Shown one piece after another: positions 19,130 through 28,201 of a stretch of DNA of 64,000 bases (position 1 is its first letter; every line of letters starts with the position of its first letter). The DNA is from Mesotaenium endlicherianum (lineage: Eukaryota), in NCBI GenBank assembly GCA_009602735.1, contig WELA01000232.1, positions 1 to 64,000 of the forward strand. Direction: 5' to 3'. The position numbers and the translations under genes are program-made. The notes beneath the pieces were generated by a model. That model was not told the origin of the DNA. It worked only from the letters and a program-made list of their open reading frames with translations, and did no database searches.

Positions 19130-20473
19130 TTAAACGAGGCGATAGTTGACCCATTTCCCTGTTGACCATCTCCAATAATTGACGGACGCCCGTAAGATTT
19201 CGTCAATCAGCAGCCCTATCCACAAGCCGACTACTCCGTATCCCATTATAATACCAATAAAATAAGCGCTGGGTATGGCAACAAGCCAAGTAGCCCCCAA
19301 ACCTATGTAGGTAGATACCCGTGCATCTCCGGCTGCTTTAAGAGAATAGCTGGTGATTGTACTGACAGCACGTACTGGTTCGATCAGAATCGCAAGAAAG
19401 AGAATACCGGTCCCCAATTCTATTATGATGTCATTAGTCGTAAACAATTTCATCAGAGGGATGCTAAAAACAAACAGCAGTATAGCAATACTAAGATTGC
19501 CTGTCACTCCCTTACGAATATTTGATACCAGCATTCGGTTTGCTTCCGAAAACATACCCGCGCCTACCCGATAAGCTACCAACACCTGGTTTCCGATGGC
19601 AATAGCCGATGCCCAGCAAATACTTAGGGTGATAAGGCTCATCGTGTAGATTCTTGCTGCCATAGCCGTATCCCCCAACCTGACTGTGAACACCGATATC
19701 ATTAACATACCTAACTCGGCTGAAATAGGTTCCAGCAAAGAAGGAAGGCCAATAGCAAGAATTGGCTTTCTGTATTCTGCGAATCGCTGCGAAAATCGTT
19801 TCCAATGAAACCTCAGTCTAAACCTAAAGTGTACCACACACATAATGAATATCACGCTAACTACCTGTGAAAGGATTGTGGAAATTATCACCCCCATTAA
19901 GCCAATTTTTGGAAGGTTGAACCATTGCAGCAAAAAGGCAAGATTCAGTATAATGTTGACAACGTTGCCTAAAAAGGCATTGTACATATTCCATATAGTC
20001 TTTCCTTGCGAAGTAGTAACGGAAGTATAACCTGTTTTTATAGCAATCAGCAGAAGGGCAATGGAAATGTATTTAAGGTAAGTGCCTGCAATTGAAAGAG
20101 CTTCTCCCTGTAAAGAAAGTAGGCGACCGACAGGCCATGCAAGGAAGAAAAGCAGCAGTGCAACAACAACACCAAGAAATGTATTAATGACAATGGCACT
20201 CATGTAAGTTAATGCCAGCTTATCATTTTCTCCCGCACCCAAATATTGGCCCGCCACATTACTGCCTGCCTGCGCCAGCATCATGAACGATATCACGAAT
20301 ATCATGAAAATGGGAATGGTTGCTCCTACGCTGCCTGCAGCCAAATCAGAAATACGGCTCACAAAAATAGAATCTGTAAAAAAGAAGGAAAACGTAAGGA
20401 AGAACTCGATAAAGACCGGAATCGCTATCTTCCAAACAGTGAGTTTAAATAAGGGATTGTCTGTACTATTCAT
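19130..20473 (-). CDS. MATE-family efflux transporter
   Basis: About 12 TM segments; DSIFVSRISDLAAGSVG, AGQYLGAG, SLKAAGDA motifs. Confidence 0.92.
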   Translation of the reverse strand: MNSTDNPLFKLTVWKIAIPVFIEFFLTFSFFFTDSIFVSRISDLAAGSVGATIPIFMIFVISFMMLAQAGSNVAGQYLGAGENDKLALTYMSAIVINTFLGVVVALLLFFLAWPVGRLLSLQGEALSIAGTYLKYISIALLLIAIKTGYTSVTTSQGKTIWNMYNAFLGNVVNIILNLAFLLQWFNLPKIGLMGVIISTILSQVVSVIFIMCVVHFRFRLRFHWKRFSQRFAEYRKPILAIGLPSLLEPISAELGMLMISVFTVRLGDTAMAARIYTMSLITLSICWASAIAIGNQVLVAYRVGAGMFSEANRMLVSNIRKGVTGNLSIAILLFVFSIPLMKLFTTNDIIIELGTGILFLAILIEPVRAVSTITSYSLKAAGDARVSTYIGLGATWLVAIPSAYFIGIIMGYGVVGLWIGLLIDEILRASVNYWRWSTGKWVNYRLV

Positions 20474-20489
20474 TGGATTTAGTTTTAAG

Positions 20490-21989
20490 TTATGGTTGAA
20501 TTGGTTCTGATATAAGATGTTTTATTCGCTGTTTAATCAACCTGCAATCGTACTGTGCAAACAAGTTTATTCGGTTGCGGACAATATCCCCTCTGTGCCA
20601 ACGTTCGTATAGTTCCTGGCGCATGCCGTAACTGTCGCATGCGAGATCCCAAGCGAGCCTGAACAGACGTGATTTTTGGTATACGTCTATATCCTTCCCG
20701 TGCATGTATTTTTCGAGAAATGGTTTCAATTCAGGGTGATCGAGATCTGCCTCACTAGGCTGCATTACCAATCCAGAAGCGGCTATTTCTTTTACTATTT
20801 CAATAAGTCGTGGCGATACCTGGGCGGCAAATATACCTGCAGCTGATGTGTCGCCAGGTGCAAACAAGCCGCCGTCTGTGAGATAGGCTTCCTGATGCAA
20901 TCCTTTCAATGCCAGCTTTGTCATTTGCGCATAAGATGCCAGTTCGCCAAGAGAATTACCGATTTCGCGAAACCCGTTCACGCCGATCGATTCAGCAAGT
21001 AGGGATGCCATACCAATAAAGGTTTGTAGCCGGTGATAAAAGCGTACTAGGCCGCTGTACAGCGACCACGCATTGATACGGTTAAAGCCCTTCGCTGCTG
21101 TTTCACAATTGTACAGTAGAAGTACTCGTTCCCAAGGAATAAACACGTCATCAAAGAATAACATGGCATCCTGTTCGTCATAACGCCAGGCAAATGGGTG
21201 GCTGTGCCCATGGATTTCACCGGCATAAGAATGCGGTTCACGGCACAATACCTTTAGCCCAGGTGTCGCCATCGGCAGCCCCGCCCATAACACAAATTCC
21301 TTGTGTTCACGCATGGCAAATGAGGGAGAGAGATAGATCAACACTTCATCCGCTACGGGGGCCAATGTGGCCAGCTGTTTTGCACCACGGACAATGATAC
21401 CATCTGTGGTTTCACTTACAATACGAAGGGCCAGATCTGGATCAACAGATGGTCCGATAGATCTGTCAATTTGCGGATCGCCTAATGCATGGGTGAGACA
21501 GATATCATGCTCACGACAGTACGTATAATAATTTACCGCGTTTTCCCTAAAACGTGGATCAACCAATCCAAGCTCATTACGGTAATCGTAGAGGCCTACC
21601 ACAACATTAGACATAAAATCTGGCAGCCGCGGCAATTGTCCCCAGCTATTTTCCATCCAGATGTGAGAGTTCCGCCATTTCAACTCCAGTTCTGCCGGAC
21701 TCTTAGGCAGAGAATAGGAATAGCTGACGCGATTTCCTGTTACCGGAGAAATAAAAGTCATTTGTTCCTGGAACGCCTCTGTATATTGCAGATCATAGAG
21801 ACGGGCTAGTTCTGTAATGATCCCTGTAAATGCTGGGTGCCTTGTTACATCAATCTTTTCTCCGTTCAGCCACACCTCGCGACCATCGCTCAAGCCCCTG
21901 ATATATGCCTGCCCTGTTTTAGCTCCTTTGGAATTCTCAATGCTTAATGAGGTGTCAGCAAAAGCTGTTGCTTTACCATTCTGGCTCAT
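20490..21989 (-). CDS. 4-hydroxyphenylacetate 3-monooxygenase-like (HpaB family) flavin-dependent oxygenase
   Basis: DGREVWLNGEKI.DVTRHPAF, DPQIDR, GIIVRGAKQLAT, RYDEQDA..FFDDVFIPWERV, RQELYER. Confidence 0.9.
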   Translation of the reverse strand: MSQNGKATAFADTSLSIENSKGAKTGQAYIRGLSDGREVWLNGEKIDVTRHPAFTGIITELARLYDLQYTEAFQEQMTFISPVTGNRVSYSYSLPKSPAELELKWRNSHIWMENSWGQLPRLPDFMSNVVVGLYDYRNELGLVDPRFRENAVNYYTYCREHDICLTHALGDPQIDRSIGPSVDPDLALRIVSETTDGIIVRGAKQLATLAPVADEVLIYLSPSFAMREHKEFVLWAGLPMATPGLKVLCREPHSYAGEIHGHSHPFAWRYDEQDAMLFFDDVFIPWERVLLLYNCETAAKGFNRINAWSLYSGLVRFYHRLQTFIGMASLLAESIGVNGFREIGNSLGELASYAQMTKLALKGLHQEAYLTDGGLFAPGDTSAAGIFAAQVSPRLIEIVKEIAASGLVMQPSEADLDHPELKPFLEKYMHGKDIDVYQKSRLFRLAWDLACDSYGMRQELYERWHRGDIVRNRINLFAQYDCRLIKQRIKHLISEPIQP

Positions 21990-21992
21990 ATG

Positions 21993-24900
21993 CTATGCTT
22001 TAAGTAAGATTGTTTTTTCTTCATTATTGGTGATAACCATATCATGTTCATCCAGAAAGTGGTTCAGGATTTCATTAAAATAGTCGTCGTGGGTGAGAAA
22101 TGGATAATGACCCGCACCCTTTATCTCAACCAATTTTGAATGTTTGATATTTTCGTGCAGAACTTTGGAAGCACTGGGATCAACGACCGTGTCGTAATCG
22201 CCGTAAATGCAGAGTGTTGGTGCTCCAACAGAGGGAAGCCATGGCAAGGTGGAAAGGGTTAACATTTCGCTTAAATATTTCATAGCTACTAATGGATTGG
22301 CACACTGACTGCTCAATAAAAGTTCAGAAAAACGTTGTACTTGCTTGCGCCTTGGCTCATCTTCTACAGAGTCAGTTAAATGTGCTAGCACATTGTCAAA
22401 ATCTGCCTTTAGCGAACCAGAAACTGTCTGCACCATAGCAAAAAGTTCATCAATAGTTAATTTCTCAGGTTGTATATCAGGAAGTCCGATGTTGTCATAA
22501 AACCCACCGACCAATGTAAGCGAAGCAATTTTTTCAGCATGGTGGCTCGCTAGGTATTGCGCGGCTATGGCCCCGAAGCAGGAAGCTACTAAATGGACAG
22601 TCTGGTTGGGAAAAAGCATCTGGACAATTTCTGCAAACACGCTGGCAACACCTTTTGTATTACTTTCCTTGATCGTTTCACTAAGCCCGTATCCTGGCGT
22701 ATGTATAACTACGACACAATGTTCGCGAGCCATGCACATAAATTGATTATACCAAACCGGAGCGGTTAACGCCACTGGCGGCATAAAAAGAATGGGAGAT
22801 CCCTTTCCAGCCAGAATTACTTCTACTTTTTTTCCGTTGGAGGTAGTTACTAGCATCTGCACGAGTTTTCCATAGGAAAAGTGCTGCGGGAAACTGGTGT
22901 ACAATTTTCCTTCGGAAGTTGTGTTTAATGTTCCTTCACGAAACATTGCACCATAGTTTTCAAGAAAATGGTCCATTTCCTCTTCCGGCAAGATTCTCAA
23001 TACATTGAATCGACCGTTGGGGTCGGTTTGCAGTTGACTCGTTTCATCCGATGATGATTGAACGGGTGCTGGCTCGTTGCTTGCAGATTCATCAGACGCC
23101 CCTTCTGTTTCTTTAGTATCATGCAGGAACGCTCTGGAAACGGCTGCTTTATAATTTTCTTGCAAATGGCTGGCAATTTCGCTGATGGTAGGAAAGTCAA
23201 GCATCAATGTTGCCGGCAAAGTCCCCAGCTTTTCCTCTATAGCTTTATGAATGTTGATAACAATAAGCGAATCCACACCATAATTGGCCAAATCTGCTTC
23301 AACATCGATTTTGTCGCTATCAATTTTTAGTACATCGGAAAGTACGCCTACCAATAGAGCGCAAATCATCTGATGGCTAATTTCCGATGGCGCACTTGTT
23401 GTCATACAATCTGTTTCAGTTGTCAGACCACCAACAAACGGCTTTTGCAATTCAGGTTTTTCTTCCTTTATCATGGAAGCCGGCGGGTTTCCTGAAGTTG
23501 GTTCAACCCCCATCAATTGCAATACAGAGTCCTCTACATTCAGCGCCAGTGTTTGTGTCACATTGCTGGCAGCCACTCTTTCTATAACTTCCATTCCCTG
23601 TTTGGCAGTTATTGGATGAATTCCTTTGGCGCGTAATATTGCTTCATTACCACGGTTATTTCCCTCCCAGAAACCCCAGTTGACGACATGAACAGGGAAT
23701 GAAACTAGTTGTTCCATATAAAGCGCCAATGTATCTTTAAAATTGCATGCAGCAGCATAAGCGCTCCAACCTATATTACCCACAAAGGCTTCACCCGACG
23801 AAAAGTACATGATGAAGTCAGGCGAACGTTTCCCAAATGTTTGCAACAGGGTCATACTTCCCTGCACTTTTGCTTTCAGCATTTCGTTCAGCGTTTGGTC
23901 CGACAACTGCGATATCCTACTGAACTCAAACGCCATTGCAGAATGGAAGACACCATTAATTTCTCCCAGGTCTTTTGATATCTCATCCACGCATTTATTG
24001 AAGACAGCGAGGTTTTCAATATTCACCTGGTGATAAAATAGTTTTCCTCCCAATTGTTCTATCTGGGCTTGCTTTTCACGAATGTTGTCATTCATGGCGT
24101 TGCGGCCTGTCCAAATAATGTTTGCACCGTACTGTTCCGCAAGATGGCAGCTGAGTTTAAATCCTACATTGCCCGACCCACCCACAACCAGGTAATTTCC
24201 TTTTGAGCGAAAACTGGTCTGCTTTACTGGTGGAACAGGAGCTGCAATAATCTTTCGTTCATAGCAGTCACCATCACGAATAACCCATTCTCTTAACCCG
24301 TGCCACTGAGCAGTAATATTTTCAACGACGTCCGTACCTGCAGGCATCGACAAATCAATGTCGACCATCTGAGTGGTTATTTGTGGGTATTCTTTTGAAA
24401 TTGCCTTTGCAAAACCAGGTACACAAGCTGCATAAGGGAAAATTTTCTCCTTGTCTGAAATGCTGTACAGATTATTGGTTACGACTTTCAGGGTAATGGC
24501 GTTGCCTTTCAGGTTTTCATGTATTCCTTTTACTAAATGCATCAATGCGACTACTCCTTGCCTTTGCATGTGGTCCAGGTACCGGGCATCCGTTTCCTCC
24601 TTTAATTCCTGAATGCCGCCAAGGAAATAAATTTCCTTAGGATCTAATATATATTTAAGGCAAGCCGTAATAGACTCTGTTTGATCAATGCTCACCTCCC
24701 AGCTTTTCGCAGAAAGCACCTGTGTTTTATCACCAAGAATAATCTCGTAAAAATTGCAGTAGTTCAGTGCACCTTTTATCTGTTCTTTTATCTGTTCTTT
24801 TATCTCGTTTGCCGATTGCGGGTAAACGATCAGAATATTCTTGGGAACATGGTTGTTTTGTACAGGAAGGTCATTCACACGACTATGCGCCCTCCATAAA

Positions 24901-27900
24901 GGTTTATAAAAGAATCTTTCAAGAGCATGTAACTCATTCTTTGCAGTAGCAACTTCTTCTGCACAAACAGATACCTTGCCTTTTTCATTGATAACAAAAG
25001 CTGTCCAGCTGTCGTCTACATTTTTGATTACTTGTATATATCCTTGCTGCGAAGGAGTTCCGTCCATCGTTACTAGGCGTATGTGACACCTGGCTGTTGG
25101 TACATTTCCGACAAAAGCAATCAACTGAAATATCCCCTGCCATATTCCGGGATGAGCCGCACCCCGATCAGGAGTGGCAATGGACAGATTATAATAGCCA
25201 AATGCTCCGGAGGAAGAAAATGCGACCTGCCTGAATATTCTGAAATACGGACCATAGCGGTTCCCTTTTTGATCCAGTTCGTCATAGAACAGGTCTCCAG
25301 CTGCAAACTTTTCATATTCATTCTGGATTTGTGTAATATCTTTTTTCGGCAACTGCACTTCATCTGCGTAAGTCACTTGTGTTTTTGCAACAGTAGTATG
25401 GTTATCTGGCTTCAAATCGAAATTCATAGTGTTTCCCTGGGACGATACTTGGATACGAACGGTTAAACCTGAGCCGACCGACAGTTCCTCGCATTGAATA
25501 TTTTCCATTTTTATCAAGCCTTGTTTAGTAACGCCTGCCGCTGCACACAGGGTGGCAATAGCGGCACCCACATTGAATACCAGATGGTCATTAGTAGAAT
25601 GATCAGTAACAACGCGGTCTGCAGACGAAAAAACAGTTTGGTAGGTAAGGCCACCGTTAAGCGTGGAAAGCGTATCTATGCTATGCACCATCGGATGCAG
25701 TCGCTTACGTTTGTCATAGGAGAATGGTGTTGGGTCCGTTACCCAGCAATGTTCTTTTGCAAACGAATACCCCGGCAGAGGTATTTTCACCGGCTCATCA
25801 CCTATATAAAACTTCTTCCAGTCAATGGAAACGCCTTTACACCAAACTCCTGCCAGTTTTTGATATTTTTTCCCTTTTATTAGCGTATTTATAAATGACT
25901 CATCTATTCCCTTTTCACCTTTTAATAAGGCCACATTACCGGAAAAAACTTCCATATCTTTTTCCTCATGCAAAAAGGATCGCAGCTGTTCCAATAGCTC
26001 GACTGTTGAACTGGCTACAACAGCCACGCGCTCCTCCATGTGTTCCCTTCCCATTTGTAATGTATAAGCGATCCTTCCAATTGCCATGTACGGTTGCGAA
26101 ACCGAGCCGCCCGTTAATTGCTGGAAAATATATTTCGACAATGCAATTGGTGTATCAAAAGAAGAGGAGATGGAAGGCGGAAGACTTACATCGAAAACCT
26201 GTTTTAATCGTGTATTTAGCAGGCGATAATTGGCTTCATTGAAATCGTAATCCTGAAAATGATCGTCTATTTCAAGCAGCGCCACATTCACATTCAGTAC
26301 TTCTGCCGTAATAGCCAGCACCTCATCGGTCACACTGTTTATGGTAACTTGCGAAACCTGTTCTTTTTTATCTTTTACTGCTCTCAATTCCCATTCCAAA
26401 AAATCATGAATTTCCTGAACACATGCCTTAAGCCTTTCCTTGTTTCGCGCCGAAAGCGGGATAATGAATCCGTCCTCTCTCGAACCGGAGGATAGCCTCG
26501 TTTCTGTAAATTCTTCTAGGAGCACAAACCCATTGGCACCTCCTGCCCCAAATGAGCTTACACCCGCTCTTAAAGGAATGACCTTTTGATTTCCGTTTTG
26601 TTTAAGAATTGGGTTCTTCCAGGCATCCAGTTCCTGTTGAACAAAGAAGGGGGTGTTGGTAAAGTCGAGGTTAGGGTTGAGGGTTGACGCATGCAAGGAC
26701 GGTGCGATTTGCCGATGCTTCATTTGCATCAGTACTTTGGCTATACCAGCAAATCCCGCTGCTGATTCCAGGTGCCCTATATTTGATTTCACGGAGCCAA
26801 TAGAACAGAAATTTGCATCCGTCGTATCGGAAAAAGCGGTTGTCAGCCCGCGCAGTTCAATCGGGTCTCCAAGCGCAGTGCCCGTACCATGTGTTTCAAA
26901 ATAGCTGATCGTGCGAGGATCAATATTTGCTTTATGCAGCCCATCAGCAATAAGCTTCGATTGCGCTTTTGGGTTAGGGACTGTATACCCGCTTGTTTTG
27001 CCACCATGGTTAATGGCAGTTGATTTGACAATGCCATAAATATAGTCGCCATCACTGACAGCTTTTGCTAGAGGCTTCAGCAGAAGGGCCCCTACTCCAT
27101 CTCCTGGCACATAGCCATCCCCGCCTGCACCAAAGCTGCGACAACGGCCATCGGTTGAAGCAAAGCCTGTTTTACTCAGGAATAAATATTTATTCGGGTG
27201 CACGGTGATGTTCACACCTCCCGCGATAGCCATATCGGTTTCTCCCCGGATGAGACTTTCGCATGCCAGATGAACAGTAGTAAGCGAAGAAGAACACATA
27301 GTGTCCAGTCCAATACTGGGCCCGTTAAAATCGAAAGAGTAGGAAACCCTGTTGGCAATAGAAGCATAAGACGAACCGGCGTTCGCTTTTTCAACGCCGT
27401 ACAATTGATATTGAGTCCACATAATGCCAACATACACACCTACCCTGCTTCCCTGCAAGCTCTCCTTTGTGTAACCTGCATCGTTTAATGTATGATACAC
27501 AGTTTGAAGGAATAACCTTTCTTGCGGGTCGATGGACTCTGCTTCTAGATTTGACATTTTAAAAAATAAAGGGTCAAATTTGTCAATGTCATCCATAAAG
27601 CCGCCCCATTTACTGTATGATTTGCCATCCCTGCCACGTACAGGGTCAAAGAACTCCTGATAATCCCACAATTCGCCAGGTATTTCAGAAATGCAGTCCT
27701 TGCCGTTTTTGAGATTTTCCCAAAATTCCTGCATATTACCCGCCTTGGGAAAACGTCCGCTTATGCCTATAATAGCAACATCGGTTTTTGGCAGTGCGTT
27801 AGGGATTTGCTCGAGATCCGCCGGTTTTATAAGCTCCTGTGTGGGTTCCTCTGCGAAAGCTACAGCCCTGGGTTTTTCTTTTAATGTGGGCCTGGGTTGA

Positions 27901-28181
27901 AGAGGCGAAGCCTCCACCGAGGCAAATATTCTTTGCAAATCGTTACCATGATTTACTACAAAATAATCAACCAGTTCGTTAATACTCTTGTATTCAAAGA
28001 ACAATGTCTTGGATAAAGGGCCGAAAAAGTTCTCAAGGTATTGAGTAATGGAAACTATCAACACGGATTCAATTCCGTAACTTTCAAAACCTTCATCAGA
28101 TTTGATCGACGAAACTTGTAATTTCGTTTCTTCAGCAATTACTTTTTTTAGCAATGCTTCTGTCTGTTCATGTAGGCTCAT
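21993..28181 (-). CDS. trans-AT PKS: ACP-KS-(vestigial ACP)-DH(degenerate)-KR-ACP-alpha/beta-hydrolase (TE)
   Basis: Likely start MSLHEQ at 28181; YGIESV (ACP), DTMCSSS/HGTGT/NIGHL (KS), GGSGNVG (KR), YGVDSL (ACP), HLVASCFG...GAGHYPF (hydrolase). Confidence 0.9.
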   Translation of the reverse strand: MSLHEQTEALLKKVIAEETKLQVSSIKSDEGFESYGIESVLIVSITQYLENFFGPLSKTLFFEYKSINELVDYFVVNHGNDLQRIFASVEASPLQPRPTLKEKPRAVAFAEEPTQELIKPADLEQIPNALPKTDVAIIGISGRFPKAGNMQEFWENLKNGKDCISEIPGELWDYQEFFDPVRGRDGKSYSKWGGFMDDIDKFDPLFFKMSNLEAESIDPQERLFLQTVYHTLNDAGYTKESLQGSRVGVYVGIMWTQYQLYGVEKANAGSSYASIANRVSYSFDFNGPSIGLDTMCSSSLTTVHLACESLIRGETDMAIAGGVNITVHPNKYLFLSKTGFASTDGRCRSFGAGGDGYVPGDGVGALLLKPLAKAVSDGDYIYGIVKSTAINHGGKTSGYTVPNPKAQSKLIADGLHKANIDPRTISYFETHGTGTALGDPIELRGLTTAFSDTTDANFCSIGSVKSNIGHLESAAGFAGIAKVLMQMKHRQIAPSLHASTLNPNLDFTNTPFFVQQELDAWKNPILKQNGNQKVIPLRAGVSSFGAGGANGFVLLEEFTETRLSSGSREDGFIIPLSARNKERLKACVQEIHDFLEWELRAVKDKKEQVSQVTINSVTDEVLAITAEVLNVNVALLEIDDHFQDYDFNEANYRLLNTRLKQVFDVSLPPSISSSFDTPIALSKYIFQQLTGGSVSQPYMAIGRIAYTLQMGREHMEERVAVVASSTVELLEQLRSFLHEEKDMEVFSGNVALLKGEKGIDESFINTLIKGKKYQKLAGVWCKGVSIDWKKFYIGDEPVKIPLPGYSFAKEHCWVTDPTPFSYDKRKRLHPMVHSIDTLSTLNGGLTYQTVFSSADRVVTDHSTNDHLVFNVGAAIATLCAAAGVTKQGLIKMENIQCEELSVGSGLTVRIQVSSQGNTMNFDLKPDNHTTVAKTQVTYADEVQLPKKDITQIQNEYEKFAAGDLFYDELDQKGNRYGPYFRIFRQVAFSSSGAFGYYNLSIATPDRGAAHPGIWQGIFQLIAFVGNVPTARCHIRLVTMDGTPSQQGYIQVIKNVDDSWTAFVINEKGKVSVCAEEVATAKNELHALERFFYKPLWRAHSRVNDLPVQNNHVPKNILIVYPQSANEIKEQIKEQIKGALNYCNFYEIILGDKTQVLSAKSWEVSIDQTESITACLKYILDPKEIYFLGGIQELKEETDARYLDHMQRQGVVALMHLVKGIHENLKGNAITLKVVTNNLYSISDKEKIFPYAACVPGFAKAISKEYPQITTQMVDIDLSMPAGTDVVENITAQWHGLREWVIRDGDCYERKIIAAPVPPVKQTSFRSKGNYLVVGGSGNVGFKLSCHLAEQYGANIIWTGRNAMNDNIREKQAQIEQLGGKLFYHQVNIENLAVFNKCVDEISKDLGEINGVFHSAMAFEFSRISQLSDQTLNEMLKAKVQGSMTLLQTFGKRSPDFIMYFSSGEAFVGNIGWSAYAAACNFKDTLALYMEQLVSFPVHVVNWGFWEGNNRGNEAILRAKGIHPITAKQGMEVIERVAASNVTQTLALNVEDSVLQLMGVEPTSGNPPASMIKEEKPELQKPFVGGLTTETDCMTTSAPSEISHQMICALLVGVLSDVLKIDSDKIDVEADLANYGVDSLIVINIHKAIEEKLGTLPATLMLDFPTISEIASHLQENYKAAVSRAFLHDTKETEGASDESASNEPAPVQSSSDETSQLQTDPNGRFNVLRILPEEEMDHFLENYGAMFREGTLNTTSEGKLYTSFPQHFSYGKLVQMLVTTSNGKKVEVILAGKGSPILFMPPVALTAPVWYNQFMCMAREHCVVVIHTPGYGLSETIKESNTKGVASVFAEIVQMLFPNQTVHLVASCFGAIAAQYLASHHAEKIASLTLVGGFYDNIGLPDIQPEKLTIDELFAMVQTVSGSLKADFDNVLAHLTDSVEDEPRRKQVQRFSELLLSSQCANPLVAMKYLSEMLTLSTLPWLPSVGAPTLCIYGDYDTVVDPSASKVLHENIKHSKLVEIKGAGHYPFLTHDDYFNEILNHFLDEHDMVITNNEEKTILLKA

Positions 28182-28201
28182 AAAATAGTTTATAAAGGTG
28201 A

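Noticed and set aside
24773..24805. 12-bp tandem repeat (IKEQ x2.75) in the PKS
   Set aside because: In-frame slippage duplication in a KR structural region; no evident function
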